From positions 32,001 through 96,000 of the forward strand of contig JBJOKS010000005.1 of the NCBI GenBank assembly GCA_046045965.1: a DNA stretch of 64,000 bases, in the 5' to 3' direction. The DNA is from Cyanobacteriota bacterium (GTDB lineage: Bacteria > Cyanobacteriota > Cyanobacteriia > Cyanobacteriales > Nostocaceae). The notes beneath the pieces are model-generated. The model was not told where the DNA came from. It saw only the letters and a list, made by a program, of their open reading frames with translations, and made no database searches. This document shows, in pieces, positions 10,123-20,267 of the stretch (its first letter is position 1; every line of letters begins with the position of its first letter). The position numbers and the translations under genes are program-made.

Positions 10123-11427
10123 CTAAACAAGAACTTGTTGCCATTCTAGGCGATCCAGTGTGCGGGATCTTTCTAGGGCCCGTTCAAAACTATCGAGTTT
10201 AGCATCAATGGTCAAAGGTTCACCAACGTAACCTTGTACTGCTTCTTGGGTTTTCAACCCGTTACCAGTGATGTACACAACTGTAGTTTCATCTGGATCA
10301 ATTTTGCCAGCTTCGACTAATTTTTTTAGCACTGCTATGGTTGTACCACCTGCTGTTTCGGTGAAGATACCTTCGGTTTCTGCTAACAGTTTGATACCTT
10401 CGATAATTTCTGCATCGGTGACAGATTCAATGTTACCGCCTGTTTTTTGTGCGATTTCTACAGCATAAACCCCATCGGCTGGGTTGCCAATAGCAATAGA
10501 TTTAGCAATGGTGTTAGGTTTAACGGGTTGAATAAAGTCTCTTCCTTCTTTAAAGGCTGTAGCGATGGGGGAACAGCCTTCTGCTTGAGCGCCGCTGAAA
10601 CGGACATTTTTACCTTCTACTAAACCAACTTCTACAAATTCGTTGAAACCTTTATAAATCTTGGTAAACAGAGAACCAGAAGCTAGAGGTGCAACTATAT
10701 GATCAGGTAGTTCCCAACCTAGTTGTTCTGCAACTTCAAAGCCTAGTGTTTTAGAACCTTCGGAATAATAAGGACGTAAGTTAATATTGACAAACCCCCA
10801 ACCGTGTGTATTAGCAACTTCTGAACAAAGACGGTTAACTTGATCGTAATTGCCTTTTACAGCCATCAGGGTAGGACTGTATATTAAGCTACCCAATACT
10901 TTACCAGCTTCTAAGTCTGAAGGAATGAATACACAACAGTCTAAACCAGCATGGGCAGCGATCGCAGCGGTTGAATTTGCCAAGTTGCCGGTACTAGCGC
11001 AGGAAACTGTCGTAAACCCTAATTCTCTGGCTCTGCTTAGTGCCACGGACACCACCCGATCCTTAAAGCTCAGGGTGGGCATATTAACGGCATCATTTTT
11101 AATATAAAGTTTATTTAAACCCAGGCGACGGGCAAGACGGTGGGAACGCACCAGGGGAGTCATACCTGTTCCCACATCTATATAATTGTCGGTAGCAACG
11201 GGTAAAAAGTGACGGTAACGCCAAATAGAGTTGGGACCAGCTTCAATAGTTTCTCGACTGACAGACTGACGCAAAACATCATAGTCATACTTGACTTCCA
11301 ATGGACCGAAGCATAACTCACAAACATGACTAGCTTGGAGTTCGTATTCCGCACCACATTCTTTACACTTCAATGCTTTCAATATAGAAGTGTTGGCTTT
11401 GTTTAAGTTTGCGATGGCCTGAGTCAT
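10123..11427 (-). CDS. thrC: Threonine synthase-family PLP enzyme
   Basis: PTLSFKDR (PLP lysine), CASTGN, N-terminal Zn ribbon CKECG...CELC. Confidence 0.85.
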   Translation of the reverse strand: MTQAIANLNKANTSILKALKCKECGAEYELQASHVCELCFGPLEVKYDYDVLRQSVSRETIEAGPNSIWRYRHFLPVATDNYIDVGTGMTPLVRSHRLARRLGLNKLYIKNDAVNMPTLSFKDRVVSVALSRARELGFTTVSCASTGNLANSTAAIAAHAGLDCCVFIPSDLEAGKVLGSLIYSPTLMAVKGNYDQVNRLCSEVANTHGWGFVNINLRPYYSEGSKTLGFEVAEQLGWELPDHIVAPLASGSLFTKIYKGFNEFVEVGLVEGKNVRFSGAQAEGCSPIATAFKEGRDFIQPVKPNTIAKSIAIGNPADGVYAVEIAQKTGGNIESVTDAEIIEGIKLLAETEGIFTETAGGTTIAVLKKLVEAGKIDPDETTVVYITGNGLKTQEAVQGYVGEPLTIDAKLDSFERALERSRTLDRLEWQQVLV

Positions 11428-11464
11428 AAACTAGCTTTCCCCGTATATCCGTCAACTTTGGATT

Positions 11465-11520
11465 ACTCTAACACGACCAAAAATACACGTCAAACATACC
11501 CGATAAAAATAGTCGGGTAT
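11465..11520 (-). promoter_or_regulatory. sigma70-type promoter (TTGACG-17 nt-TAGAGT) with adjacent Rrf2/IscR-like palindrome ATACCCGACTATTTTTATCGGGTAT
   Basis: -35 at 11488-11493, -10 at 11465-11470, 8-bp perfect inverted repeat at 11496-11520. Confidence 0.6.
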
Positions 11521-11521
11521 C

Positions 11522-11627
11522 GGGGACTGGGGACTGGGGACTGGTACAAATCTTTTCTTCCCCTGCCTCCCCTGCCTCCCCTGCCTCCCCTGCTTCCCCT
11601 GCCTCTTGCCTCCTGCCTCCTGCCTCC
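11522..11627. repeat. STRR arrays (GGGGACT)n and (CCCCTGCCT)/(CCTCCTG)n
   Basis: Directly visible tandem repeats. Confidence 0.9.
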
Positions 11628-11888
11628 TCAACCACCGCTTACGGGGGGAATGAGTACGACTTCATCACCGTTTTTGAGAGGTGTGTCTGGTTCCACAAAG
11701 ATCAGATTAATGCCAAAGCGGGTAACATCACGCCATTTGCTGAGGTTTGGGTGTTCGGAGATGAGGCGATCGCACACTGCTTTGACTGGTGTATCATGAG
11801 GAAATTCCAGCATTAGTTCCGTAAGACCATAAGCCTCTTGATAGGCAGCGAACAATTTAACGGTTACAGTGATTACAGATTGAGACAT
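11628..11888 (-). CDS. moaD: Molybdopterin synthase sulfur carrier subunit MoaD-like
   Basis: VKLFAAYQEA...GDEVVLIPPVSGG. Confidence 0.8.
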   Translation of the reverse strand: MSQSVITVTVKLFAAYQEAYGLTELMLEFPHDTPVKAVCDRLISEHPNLSKWRDVTRFGINLIFVEPDTPLKNGDEVVLIPPVSGG

Positions 11889-11938
11889 ACGATAATTTTT
11901 TTTACACCCTGGTTTACTGAATTATTAAAAGAAGTGGA

Positions 11939-13267
11939 ATGCAAGCCGAATTTAACTTTTTTCAGCACTGGTATCCTCTCTCACCAATTGAAGACCTTGA
12001 TCCACAGCAGCCAGTTCCCGTAACTTTATTAGGAATTAGATTAGTTATTTGCAAGCCGAGATCATCTGAGAATTACCGGGTATTTTTAGATCAGTGTCCT
12101 CACCGTCTAGCACCCTTAAGCGAGGGTCGTATTGATGACAAAACGGGTAATTTGATGTGTAGTTATCATGGTTGGCAATTTGATCAGCAAGGTATCTGTA
12201 CTCATATTCCCCAAGCTGAAAATCCTGAAATTGTTGCTAAAAATCAACAAAATTTTTGTGTAGTTTCCCTACCAGTGCGTCAGGAACAAGATTTACTTTG
12301 GGTCTGGCCTGATGCTAAAACAGCAGAATTAGCTGCAACTACACCCCTACCTTTATCACCACAAATAGACGCTAACAAAGGTTTTGTCTGGTTTTCTTAT
12401 GTGCGTGATTTAGAATATGATTGGCAGACTTTGGTAGAAAATATAGCAGATCCTAGTCATGTACCTTTTGCTCATCATGGGGTACAAGGGACGCGGGAAC
12501 AAGGAAAGCCCATATTCATGGAAATTGTGCAATCAAACGCAAATTTAATTAAAGTAAATACTACTGGAGGCTTCCAAATAGCACTTACTTTTGAACCACC
12601 TTGTCGTTTAGAATATGAAGTTGTTATTCATAATACAGATAAACAAATTGGAATAGTTGCTTACTGTATTCCTATAGCGCCAGGTAAATGTAGAATTGTC
12701 GGTCAATTCTGCCGAAACTTTGCTCAAACAAAGCATCGTTTCACACCCCGTTGGTGGGATCATATCAAAATAAGAAATTTGGTTTTTGATGGTGATATGA
12801 TGCTGTTAAATCAGCAAGAATATTTATTGCAACAAAAACAATCAAGGGAAAGTTGGAAAACTGCCTATAAACTACCTACAAGTGCAGACCGTTTAGTAAT
12901 TGAATTTAGAACTTGGTTTGATAAATATTGTCAAGGTCAGCTACCTTGGAATGAGATAGGTATTAGTAATACAGAATCCAAAATCAATAATAAACGTCTT
13001 GAGATGTTGGATCGTTACCAACAACATACTCAGCATTGTAGTAGTTGTCGCCATGCACTGAAAAATTTCCAACGTTTGCAAATTGCTCTTTTGTCCTATT
13101 TTGTAGTTGCTGTATCTGGAGTTGCTATCCTTCCTGATGATTTGCGTATTCAGGTAGGTTTACCATTAATAATTACAGCACTTTTAGGCATGGGAGTTTA
13201 TGCTGGGTTGAAATTTTGGCTCATCCCTAAATTCTACTTTGTAGATTATGTTCACGCCAAGAAGTGA
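11939..13267 (+). CDS. Rieske [2Fe-2S] oxygenase, PaO/Tic55 family
   Basis: CPHRLAPLS...CSYHGW, ENIADPSHVPFAH, C-terminal HCSSC and TM helices. Confidence 0.9.
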   Translation: MQAEFNFFQHWYPLSPIEDLDPQQPVPVTLLGIRLVICKPRSSENYRVFLDQCPHRLAPLSEGRIDDKTGNLMCSYHGWQFDQQGICTHIPQAENPEIVAKNQQNFCVVSLPVRQEQDLLWVWPDAKTAELAATTPLPLSPQIDANKGFVWFSYVRDLEYDWQTLVENIADPSHVPFAHHGVQGTREQGKPIFMEIVQSNANLIKVNTTGGFQIALTFEPPCRLEYEVVIHNTDKQIGIVAYCIPIAPGKCRIVGQFCRNFAQTKHRFTPRWWDHIKIRNLVFDGDMMLLNQQEYLLQQKQSRESWKTAYKLPTSADRLVIEFRTWFDKYCQGQLPWNEIGISNTESKINNKRLEMLDRYQQHTQHCSSCRHALKNFQRLQIALLSYFVVAVSGVAILPDDLRIQVGLPLIITALLGMGVYAGLKFWLIPKFYFVDYVHAKK

Positions 13268-13304
13268 GCCAAAGAAATTAGTGGAAAAGCAGAAAATATG
13301 CAAT

Positions 13305-13919
13305 TTAGAATTTAATCCCCAAACGTTCAAAATCGCGCTGGACTTCGTTAAACAGAGCTTTATTGTGAGGATCTGTCTTGATAGCCTTTTTCAGATAAAT
13401 TCTGGCTTTTGGCAATTGTTTTTCAGCAATGAGCGCCCTGCCCCAGATTTGATAAGATATGGCTTGCCATTGTTTGACTTCCATATCACCTGGTAATCTA
13501 GCTGCTAAAGCCTCAACTAGAGCGATCGCTTGAGGAAAACGTTTTTCTTGTAAAAACCGCTGCAACTGCTCATAAGTCTTCCACTTTAACCGCTGTTCTA
13601 TATCCTCTACCGTGGGTGGATGTGGCATCACCGTTGTTGTTGATGCTGACTCCTGGGGTGTTACCTCAGTGTAACTACCCACAGAAGTTGCTGAAGTAAA
13701 GGAAATATGTGATTTTTCGGCTATTTCCTCCAGCGGTACTACCGTTTGTAGGAGTTTGTAAGCTTCAGTCAAGGCAATAAATTTGTCTTTAGATTTTTCA
13801 TCATCTGGGTTGATATCGGGATGATATTGCTGTACCAGTCGGCGGTAAGACGCTTTGATTTCAGCAAAAGAGGCTCCTGACCTTAACCCCAATAAACGGT
13901 AGCAATCTCCGAGATCCAT
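13305..13919 (-). CDS. J-domain protein with C-terminal TPR
   Basis: HPD motif; TPR-like C-terminus. Confidence 0.85.
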   Translation of the reverse strand: MDLGDCYRLLGLRSGASFAEIKASYRRLVQQYHPDINPDDEKSKDKFIALTEAYKLLQTVVPLEEIAEKSHISFTSATSVGSYTEVTPQESASTTTVMPHPPTVEDIEQRLKWKTYEQLQRFLQEKRFPQAIALVEALAARLPGDMEVKQWQAISYQIWGRALIAEKQLPKARIYLKKAIKTDPHNKALFNEVQRDFERLGIKF

Positions 13920-14018
13920 GTTTCGTTACTCCAATTCAAAATTCAAAATTAAAAATTCAAAATGAAGAATTCCTAGTTTTGAATTTTCAACTTTGAATTT
14001 TGAATCTATTTTCCCTTT

Positions 14019-14612
14019 TTAGATGCGTTCTTCAATCACACGGTCAATTAAACCATATTCCTTGGCTTCTTGAGCAGACATGAAGAAATCACGATCCATG
14101 TCTTTTTCAATTTTGGACAAAGCTTGACCAGTGTTATCAGCATAAATCTGATTTAGCTGACTACGAATTCGCAGAATTTCTCTGGCTTCAATTTCGATAT
14201 CAGAAGCTTGTCCGCGAGTACCACCGGAAGGTTGGTGAATCATGATCCGGGAGTGGGGTAAAGCCAAGCGTTTGCCCTTAGCGCCAGCTGTCAACAAGAA
14301 AGAACCCATTGAAGCAGCCAATCCAACGCATATTGTGACAACATCAGATTTGATGTGCTGCATGGTGTCATAAATCGCCAAACCAGATGTCACCATCCCA
14401 CCGGGGGAATTGATGTATAAATAAATATCCTTACCTGGGTCATCGGAATCCAAATAAAGCATAACAGCGATAATTTGGTTAGCAATTTCGTCATCCACAT
14501 CCCGTCCCAGGAAAATAATTCTCTCCCGGTACAGACGGTCATAAATGCTAATCCAATCAGTATACTGTCCTCCGGGCATCCGGTAAGGAACTTTAGGAAC
14601 GCCTATAGGCAT
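14019..14612 (-). CDS. clpP: ATP-dependent Clp protease proteolytic subunit (ClpP3-type)
   Basis: [17 protein letters not shown] catalytic Ser; IMIHQP. Confidence 0.95.
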   Translation of the reverse strand: MPIGVPKVPYRMPGGQYTDWISIYDRLYRERIIFLGRDVDDEIANQIIAVMLYLDSDDPGKDIYLYINSPGGMVTSGLAIYDTMQHIKSDVVTICVGLAASMGSFLLTAGAKGKRLALPHSRIMIHQPSGGTRGQASDIEIEAREILRIRSQLNQIYADNTGQALSKIEKDMDRDFFMSAQEAKEYGLIDRVIEERI

Positions 14613-14648
14613 TTTTCGGTACTCCGTTTGTAATTAGTTATTAGTCAA

Positions 14649-14762
14649 GGGGACTGGGGACTGGGGACTGGAGACTGGGGACTGGGGACTGGGGACTGGG
14701 GACTGGGAAAGAATTTTCTCTCCTGCCTCCTGCCTCCTGCCTCCTGCCTCCTGCCTCCTGCC
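14649..14762. repeat. STRR arrays (GGGGACT)n and (TCCTGCC)n
   Basis: Heptamer tandem repeats between clpR and clpP. Confidence 0.95.
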
Positions 14763-14765
14763 TTC

Positions 14766-15428
14766 TTAAAGCACACTTGCAGGAAGTGGAGGGTTGGCGA
14801 GTTCTTCTTTTTCAAACACGCGGTCAATTAAACCATACTCCTTGGCTTGATAAGGAGTCATGTAGAAGAGGCGATCCATATCTTTGGTAATTTTTTCTAC
14901 CTGCTGACCAGTGGTGTGAGACAGAATATCAACCATTGATACCTTGTTTGCCAAAACTTCCCTAGCTCGAATTTGAATATCCGTTGCTTGGCCTTGGGCG
15001 TAGCTCTTGGGCTGATGCAGGATAATGTTGGAGTTGGGCAAACTAGCACGACAGCCCTTTGTCCCAGCACTGAGAAGCATTGCTGCCATACCCATCGCCG
15101 AACCGATGCAAATGGTGTGGATGGGGGGCTTGATGTATTTCATGGTGTCATAGATAGCGAAGGCTTCGGTTTCAAAACCGATAGGTTCGCCACTGTAACC
15201 AGAAGTACCGGTGGAGTTGATGTAGATTTTAATTGGCTTTTCGGGGTCGTCGGATTGTAAAAATAGCAATTCAGCGATGATTAATTCCGTGACAGCAGGA
15301 ACTAATGGCATCCCCAGATAAACTATTCTCTCCTTTAGTAGCAGGGAAGGTAAATCTGGTGGCGGTGTCCGGTAGGAGCTATCGCCGTAATAGGGGGCTT
15401 GTACAGCCTTGATGGGGGAAATGTCCAT
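14766..15428 (-). CDS. clpR: Non-catalytic Clp subunit ClpR
   Basis: RTPPPDLPSLLL; catalytic Ser replaced (SAMGMAA); upstream of clpP3. Confidence 0.9.
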   Translation of the reverse strand: MDISPIKAVQAPYYGDSSYRTPPPDLPSLLLKERIVYLGMPLVPAVTELIIAELLFLQSDDPEKPIKIYINSTGTSGYSGEPIGFETEAFAIYDTMKYIKPPIHTICIGSAMGMAAMLLSAGTKGCRASLPNSNIILHQPKSYAQGQATDIQIRAREVLANKVSMVDILSHTTGQQVEKITKDMDRLFYMTPYQAKEYGLIDRVFEKEELANPPLPASVL

Positions 15429-15714
15429 AGCAACTGAATCGCCTGAAACTATGCCGTTAACTGTATTACATCCTAGCGCGATGCTAACTTTATTAGGGTG
15501 TGGATTTCTCTCTCGTGGTCAAGAAAGCTAGGTTGCCATAGCCATCCTCAACCAATTGTGATATCGCTTATAAAAAGTGTACAGCGCACATAATTTTCCC
15601 GGATACTGTTCATTTATTCAGAGAATAGGGAATGATAGGCATATATGTTGAAGTCCGTTAGTAGTGACTACTTCCAGCTTTTTGATAGTTATTGAGACCG
15701 AGAATATTTGACCT

Positions 15715-16680
15715 ATGGCTTATTATCAGTGGAAAATATCTATCTACCTATCCCAAAAACAAGGGGTATCATTGATACTTGTGTTGACAATGCTGCTTTT
15801 TAGTCCGGGATGTTCTAGTCAGGAAAATAAAACCTTTCCCAGTCTAGACTCCTCAGTAACTAGTCAGGAGTCTGCTGTAGATAAACAATCAGAAACACTG
15901 CACATTGCGGTGATACCTGCTCAATCTTCTCAGAAACAAGCTGAACAATTAAAAGCTTTGGCTGAATATTTAGCAAAAAGTATAGGACGCAAATTTGATA
16001 TTCAGGTGCAGAAAGATTATGAAACAGCTGTAAACTTGTTAGTTACAGAAAAAGTACAGATTGCTTATTTGGGTCCACTCAGTTATGTCAAAGCCAAGCA
16101 AAAAAATCCTCAGATTGAACCGATAGTTGCACCAATTACTAAAGCCACTGGTAGACCTTGGCATACTAGCATGATTATTGCTAATGCGACGAAGATCAAA
16201 ACTGTAAAAGATTTGCCAAATAAACGATTTGGATTTGTCAGTAAGTCTTCTACCACAGGTTTTTTAGTTCCTTCAGTAGAGTTATTTAAAAAAGAAAAAA
16301 TAGAGCCTGAAAAAACTTTTAGTGAAGTTAAATATTTGGGTAGTCATGATAAAGCTTTAGCAGCGTTAATTGCTGGAGAAGTTGATGCTGTAGCTGTGGA
16401 ACAAGAAGCTTATGTAAAAGCACAGCAAGAAAAAAAACTTGACCAAACAAAGTATATTAAAATTTGGGAATCATCGCCATTACCAACAGCACCAATTGTT
16501 ATATCCACTAAGCTTGCTCCCAAATTAATTAATTCTCTCAAGAAAGCACTAATTGATGCTCCAGATGGGATTGTAGCAGTTTCAGGAGTGGAAACCGCAG
16601 GATATACCCTTGTAGATGATATGAGCTATGAACCAATTAGGCAGTTGCAAGCAAAGTTAGATGAAAAAACTCAAAAATAA
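15715..16680 (+). CDS. PhnD-like phosphate/phosphite/phosphonate substrate-binding protein
   Basis: Lipoprotein-like signal (FSPGC); AYLGPLSY, SSTTGFLVP, GSHD. Confidence 0.85.
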   Translation: MAYYQWKISIYLSQKQGVSLILVLTMLLFSPGCSSQENKTFPSLDSSVTSQESAVDKQSETLHIAVIPAQSSQKQAEQLKALAEYLAKSIGRKFDIQVQKDYETAVNLLVTEKVQIAYLGPLSYVKAKQKNPQIEPIVAPITKATGRPWHTSMIIANATKIKTVKDLPNKRFGFVSKSSTTGFLVPSVELFKKEKIEPEKTFSEVKYLGSHDKALAALIAGEVDAVAVEQEAYVKAQQEKKLDQTKYIKIWESSPLPTAPIVISTKLAPKLINSLKKALIDAPDGIVAVSGVETAGYTLVDDMSYEPIRQLQAKLDEKTQK

Positions 16681-18478
16681 TTCTACCAAATCAAATAAAA
16701 ATTCAATTATTACTATGAAGATTTGGCAAAAATTTTTGGTTTCTTCCACAATATTAGCAGGTTTAATCTGTCTGATGGGTAGTAGTGTCTTTCGTCTATA
16801 TCAAGCAGAAATAGCTGCCGAAAAAATTCAGAGAAAAACTGCGGATGCACTCAATATTACTCATGAATTAGAAAAATCTTTAAAAGATCAAGCATTAGCA
16901 CTCAAAGATTTTGTTGTCCTAGATTACAACACTACAAATATGGTGCAATTTCAGAAAGTCAGGTCTGATTTTTTGATTTCACTTAATAACTTAGAATTTG
17001 TGATGGATGCAGTACCAGAATTATCACTGGTGCGTCGTCGTCACGCTTTTTTAACACATTTAGCAAATAGTTTAGATACTACAAATAATTTAGACAAATC
17101 CCAGCAGGATTTACAAGCAATTAACTCTTACGTAAAAGATATTACATTTTATTTATCGATAATTTCTCAGAAAGCTAAAAAACAGAATTATGCAGCTAAT
17201 GAGAGAGTTGATAAAATCAGAAAACTGAATACAAATTTTATGTTTATTGGCATTATTTGTATATTTTTATTATTCTTATTTCAGCTGATACTGATTGTAA
17301 TTCCCGTGATTCACTCACTACATAAACTTCAAATTGGTGTGGCTAAAATTGGTGCAGGAAATTTAAATTATCATTTAGATATTAAAACTAATGATGAAAT
17401 TGAAAGGTTAGCAGATGATTTTAATCAAATGACTGTAAAATTGAGAGATTTTTATTATTCTTTAGAATCTAGAGTTGCTGAAAGAACTTCTGAACTTTTT
17501 GAACTCAATCAAGATTTACAAACCGAAATAGTTGAGAGAAGACAAACAGAAAATTTGCTAACACAATCTCAAATTCAATTAACACAAAAAGCTCAAGAAC
17601 TGGAACAAACTCTCCAAGAACTTCAACAAACTCAAACCCAATTAATTCAAACTGAAAAGATGTCAAGTTTGGGACAGCTAGTTGCTGGTGTAGCTCATGA
17701 AATTAATAATCCTGTTAACTTTATTCATGGCAATATTACACCACTCAATGAATATTTCGAGAATTTGATTAAATTAATAAATTTGTATCAAACCTACTAT
17801 CCCCACGCTGCGGATGAGATTCAATACTACATAGAAGATATAGATTTACCTTTCATGCTTGAAGATACCAGCAAAATATTTTCTTCTTTGGAAGTAGGAA
17901 CTACAAGAATTAGAGAAATTGTTTTGTCTCTCAGAAACTTTTCTCGACTTGATGAAGCAGAAATGAAAGAAGTAAATATTCATGAGGGAATAGATAATAC
18001 ACTTTTAATTCTCCAACATCGAATTAAAGGAAAACCTCAACAAGCTGAAATTGAAGTGATCAAAGATTATGGTGATTTACCCTTGGTTGAATGTTACCCA
18101 GGTCAACTAAATCAAGTATTTATGAATATTATTAGTAATGCTATTGATGCGCTAGAAGAACATAGATATCAAAATTATTTACCAGATGTAAACACTTGTA
18201 ATCATCAAATTTGTATTCACACTAAACTGATTGAAAATGATTGGATAGCTATTCATATTGTAGACAATGGTATGGGAATACCAGCAGAAAGTCGCGATCG
18301 CATATTTGATCCTTTCTTCACAACCAAACCTATTGGGAAAGGAACGGGTTTAGGTTTATCAATCAGTTATCAAATTGTCACTGCAAAACATAAAGGTAAT
18401 CTGCATTATACTACTACACCAGGAAAGGGAACAGAATTTATTATTGAAGTTCCAATTAAGCAACATGATATCAATTAA
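16661..18478 (+). CDS. Membrane HAMP histidine kinase
   Basis: Two TMs, HAMP, H-box VAHEINNP, G-box [15 protein letters not shown]; start may be 16715. Confidence 0.9.
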   Translation: MKKLKNNSTKSNKNSIITMKIWQKFLVSSTILAGLICLMGSSVFRLYQAEIAAEKIQRKTADALNITHELEKSLKDQALALKDFVVLDYNTTNMVQFQKVRSDFLISLNNLEFVMDAVPELSLVRRRHAFLTHLANSLDTTNNLDKSQQDLQAINSYVKDITFYLSIISQKAKKQNYAANERVDKIRKLNTNFMFIGIICIFLLFLFQLILIVIPVIHSLHKLQIGVAKIGAGNLNYHLDIKTNDEIERLADDFNQMTVKLRDFYYSLESRVAERTSELFELNQDLQTEIVERRQTENLLTQSQIQLTQKAQELEQTLQELQQTQTQLIQTEKMSSLGQLVAGVAHEINNPVNFIHGNITPLNEYFENLIKLINLYQTYYPHAADEIQYYIEDIDLPFMLEDTSKIFSSLEVGTTRIREIVLSLRNFSRLDEAEMKEVNIHEGIDNTLLILQHRIKGKPQQAEIEVIKDYGDLPLVECYPGQLNQVFMNIISNAIDALEEHRYQNYLPDVNTCNHQICIHTKLIENDWIAIHIVDNGMGIPAESRDRIFDPFFTTKPIGKGTGLGLSISYQIVTAKHKGNLHYTTTPGKGTEFIIEVPIKQHDIN

Positions 18479-18611
18479 TCATTATTCAGGATTCAACGGT
18501 CAGAATGTTTGGTAAATTGGCAGATTATTAACGTGGTAATTGCTAATAAATAATATACCATATATAATAGAAAAGGAATTAAAGCTTAGTAAATTTACAT
18601 TTTGCATTTTT

Positions 18612-19421
18612 ATGAAACTCAATTTATTAAAACCATTAGCTTTTATTGATTTAGAAACCACAGGAATAGATATAACTAAAGATAGAATTGTGCAAATTGC
18701 TGTCCTCAAAGTATTTCCCGACGGGAGTGAAGAACTCAAATCTCAAATAATTAATCCTACAATTTCTATTCCTCTGACTGTTTCATTAGTACATGGAATT
18801 TATGATGATGATGTTCAAGATGCACCTACCTTTGCTGAAGTTGCTGTTGACTATTTAAATTTTCTTGATAATAGTGACTTAGCTGGTTTCAATTCCAATA
18901 GATTTGATATTCCTCTCATTGTAGAAGAATTTTTACGTGCAGGAATATGTTTTAAATTACCAGGTAGAAATTTAGTAGATGTGCAAACCATTTTTCACAC
19001 AATGGAACGACGCAATTTAAGAGCAGCTTATAGGTTTTATTGTGATCAAGATTTAGAGGGAGCGCATGATGCAGCGGTTGATATTCGTGCTACTTATGAA
19101 GTTCTCAAAGCACAAATTCAACGTTATGAAAATGTAGAATATAGTAATGATGGTTCTCCTGTAACTGTACCAATTAAAAATGATATCAATATTTTAAGTC
19201 AATTGACTACATTTAATTTTTTAGACCCTACAGGTAAACTAATTTATGATGATCAGAAACAAGCAATTTTGTTTAACTTTGGTAAATATAAAGGTAAAAG
19301 TTTGTTAGAGGTTTTTTCCAAAGATCCCGGTTATTATGATTGGATGATAAACAAAGGAGACTTTTCATTATCTACTAAAAAAGTCTTAAAACGAGCTTGG
19401 AAAGCAATTCGTAATTCATAA
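18612..19421 (+). CDS. DEDDh 3'-5' exonuclease (DnaQ-like)
   Basis: FIDLETTG, FNSNRFD, AHDAAVD, C-terminal FNFGKYKG. Confidence 0.9.
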   Translation: MKLNLLKPLAFIDLETTGIDITKDRIVQIAVLKVFPDGSEELKSQIINPTISIPLTVSLVHGIYDDDVQDAPTFAEVAVDYLNFLDNSDLAGFNSNRFDIPLIVEEFLRAGICFKLPGRNLVDVQTIFHTMERRNLRAAYRFYCDQDLEGAHDAAVDIRATYEVLKAQIQRYENVEYSNDGSPVTVPIKNDINILSQLTTFNFLDPTGKLIYDDQKQAILFNFGKYKGKSLLEVFSKDPGYYDWMINKGDFSLSTKKVLKRAWKAIRNS

Positions 19422-19462
19422 TTTAAAAACTCCTAAACTCCTGATTAATAAAGCGATTATCT

Positions 19463-20209
19463 ATGTCTAAAAACAACCTATTACATATTTTATTGCATCA
19501 TTGGGAAAATACACTTAAACCTTTTAATGTTGACCCAATGATATCAAATAAAGCATTCTTTCAGCTTGTTTCAATTTACTCTCACCCCAGTCGATACTAT
19601 CACTCATTACAACATATTCATTCTGTTCTGACTACAATTGATATTTTAAATGATATTTTAAAACCCTCTGTTCAAGATTTGTCTTCTGTACAACTTGCAG
19701 CTTGGTTTCATGATGTAGTATATAACACTCAGATTCAAGATAATGAAGAAAAAAGTGCTGAATATGCTGCTGAGATGTTGAAAAATTTAGCAATTCCAGT
19801 TAGGAACATTACTAAAATTCAACATCTAATCTTGTGTACTAAAAATCATCAAGCAGATGATATAGATAGTCAAGTTTTACTGGATGCAGATTTAGCAATT
19901 TTAGCTGCTGATGCGGTTCAATATCAAGAATATTCTCAAGCTATTCGTCAAGAATATGCTTGGGTTTCAGAAGCTGAATATATCGCAGGTAGACGAAAAA
20001 TATTAGAAAGCTTTTTGCAGCGTCCATCTATCTATTTTACACCTTTTATGTTAGAATATGCTGAAGAATTAGCTCGGTTAAATATCAGCACAGAATTAAA
20101 AAATCAACTTACATACAGCAGAATATGGCTTACGCCACGCTACGCTATCAGGAGTCAGGAGTCAGGAGTCAGGAGTAAAACTGGCTTTGTGTATAGGTTT
20201 CAATTTTGA
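19463..20209 (+). CDS. HD-superfamily phosphohydrolase (COG4339-like); C-terminus encoded by a repeat element
   Basis: RYYHSLQH, WFHDVVY, NEEKSA, LLDADL. Confidence 0.85.
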   Translation: MSKNNLLHILLHHWENTLKPFNVDPMISNKAFFQLVSIYSHPSRYYHSLQHIHSVLTTIDILNDILKPSVQDLSSVQLAAWFHDVVYNTQIQDNEEKSAEYAAEMLKNLAIPVRNITKIQHLILCTKNHQADDIDSQVLLDADLAILAADAVQYQEYSQAIRQEYAWVSEAEYIAGRRKILESFLQRPSIYFTPFMLEYAEELARLNISTELKNQLTYSRIWLTPRYAIRSQESGVRSKTGFVYRFQF

Positions 20210-20241
20210 TGCTGTACCTCATTGATCTGTAATCTGCTATA
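20114..20241. mobile_element. MITE-like element (ends TACAGCAGA...TCTGCTATA) with nested SDR-type insert and (CAGGAGT)n
   Basis: 9-bp imperfect terminal inverted repeats; core shared with 8822-8997 and 56846-56957. Confidence 0.65.
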
Positions 20242-20267
20242 ATAACATATATAAAAATATTATTTAT

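Noticed and set aside
11458..11799. Pro-rich ORF (and similar ORFs at 14645-14827, 39918-40325, 345-536)
   Set aside because: Translations of STRR or dispersed repeats, or antisense/overlap of real genes
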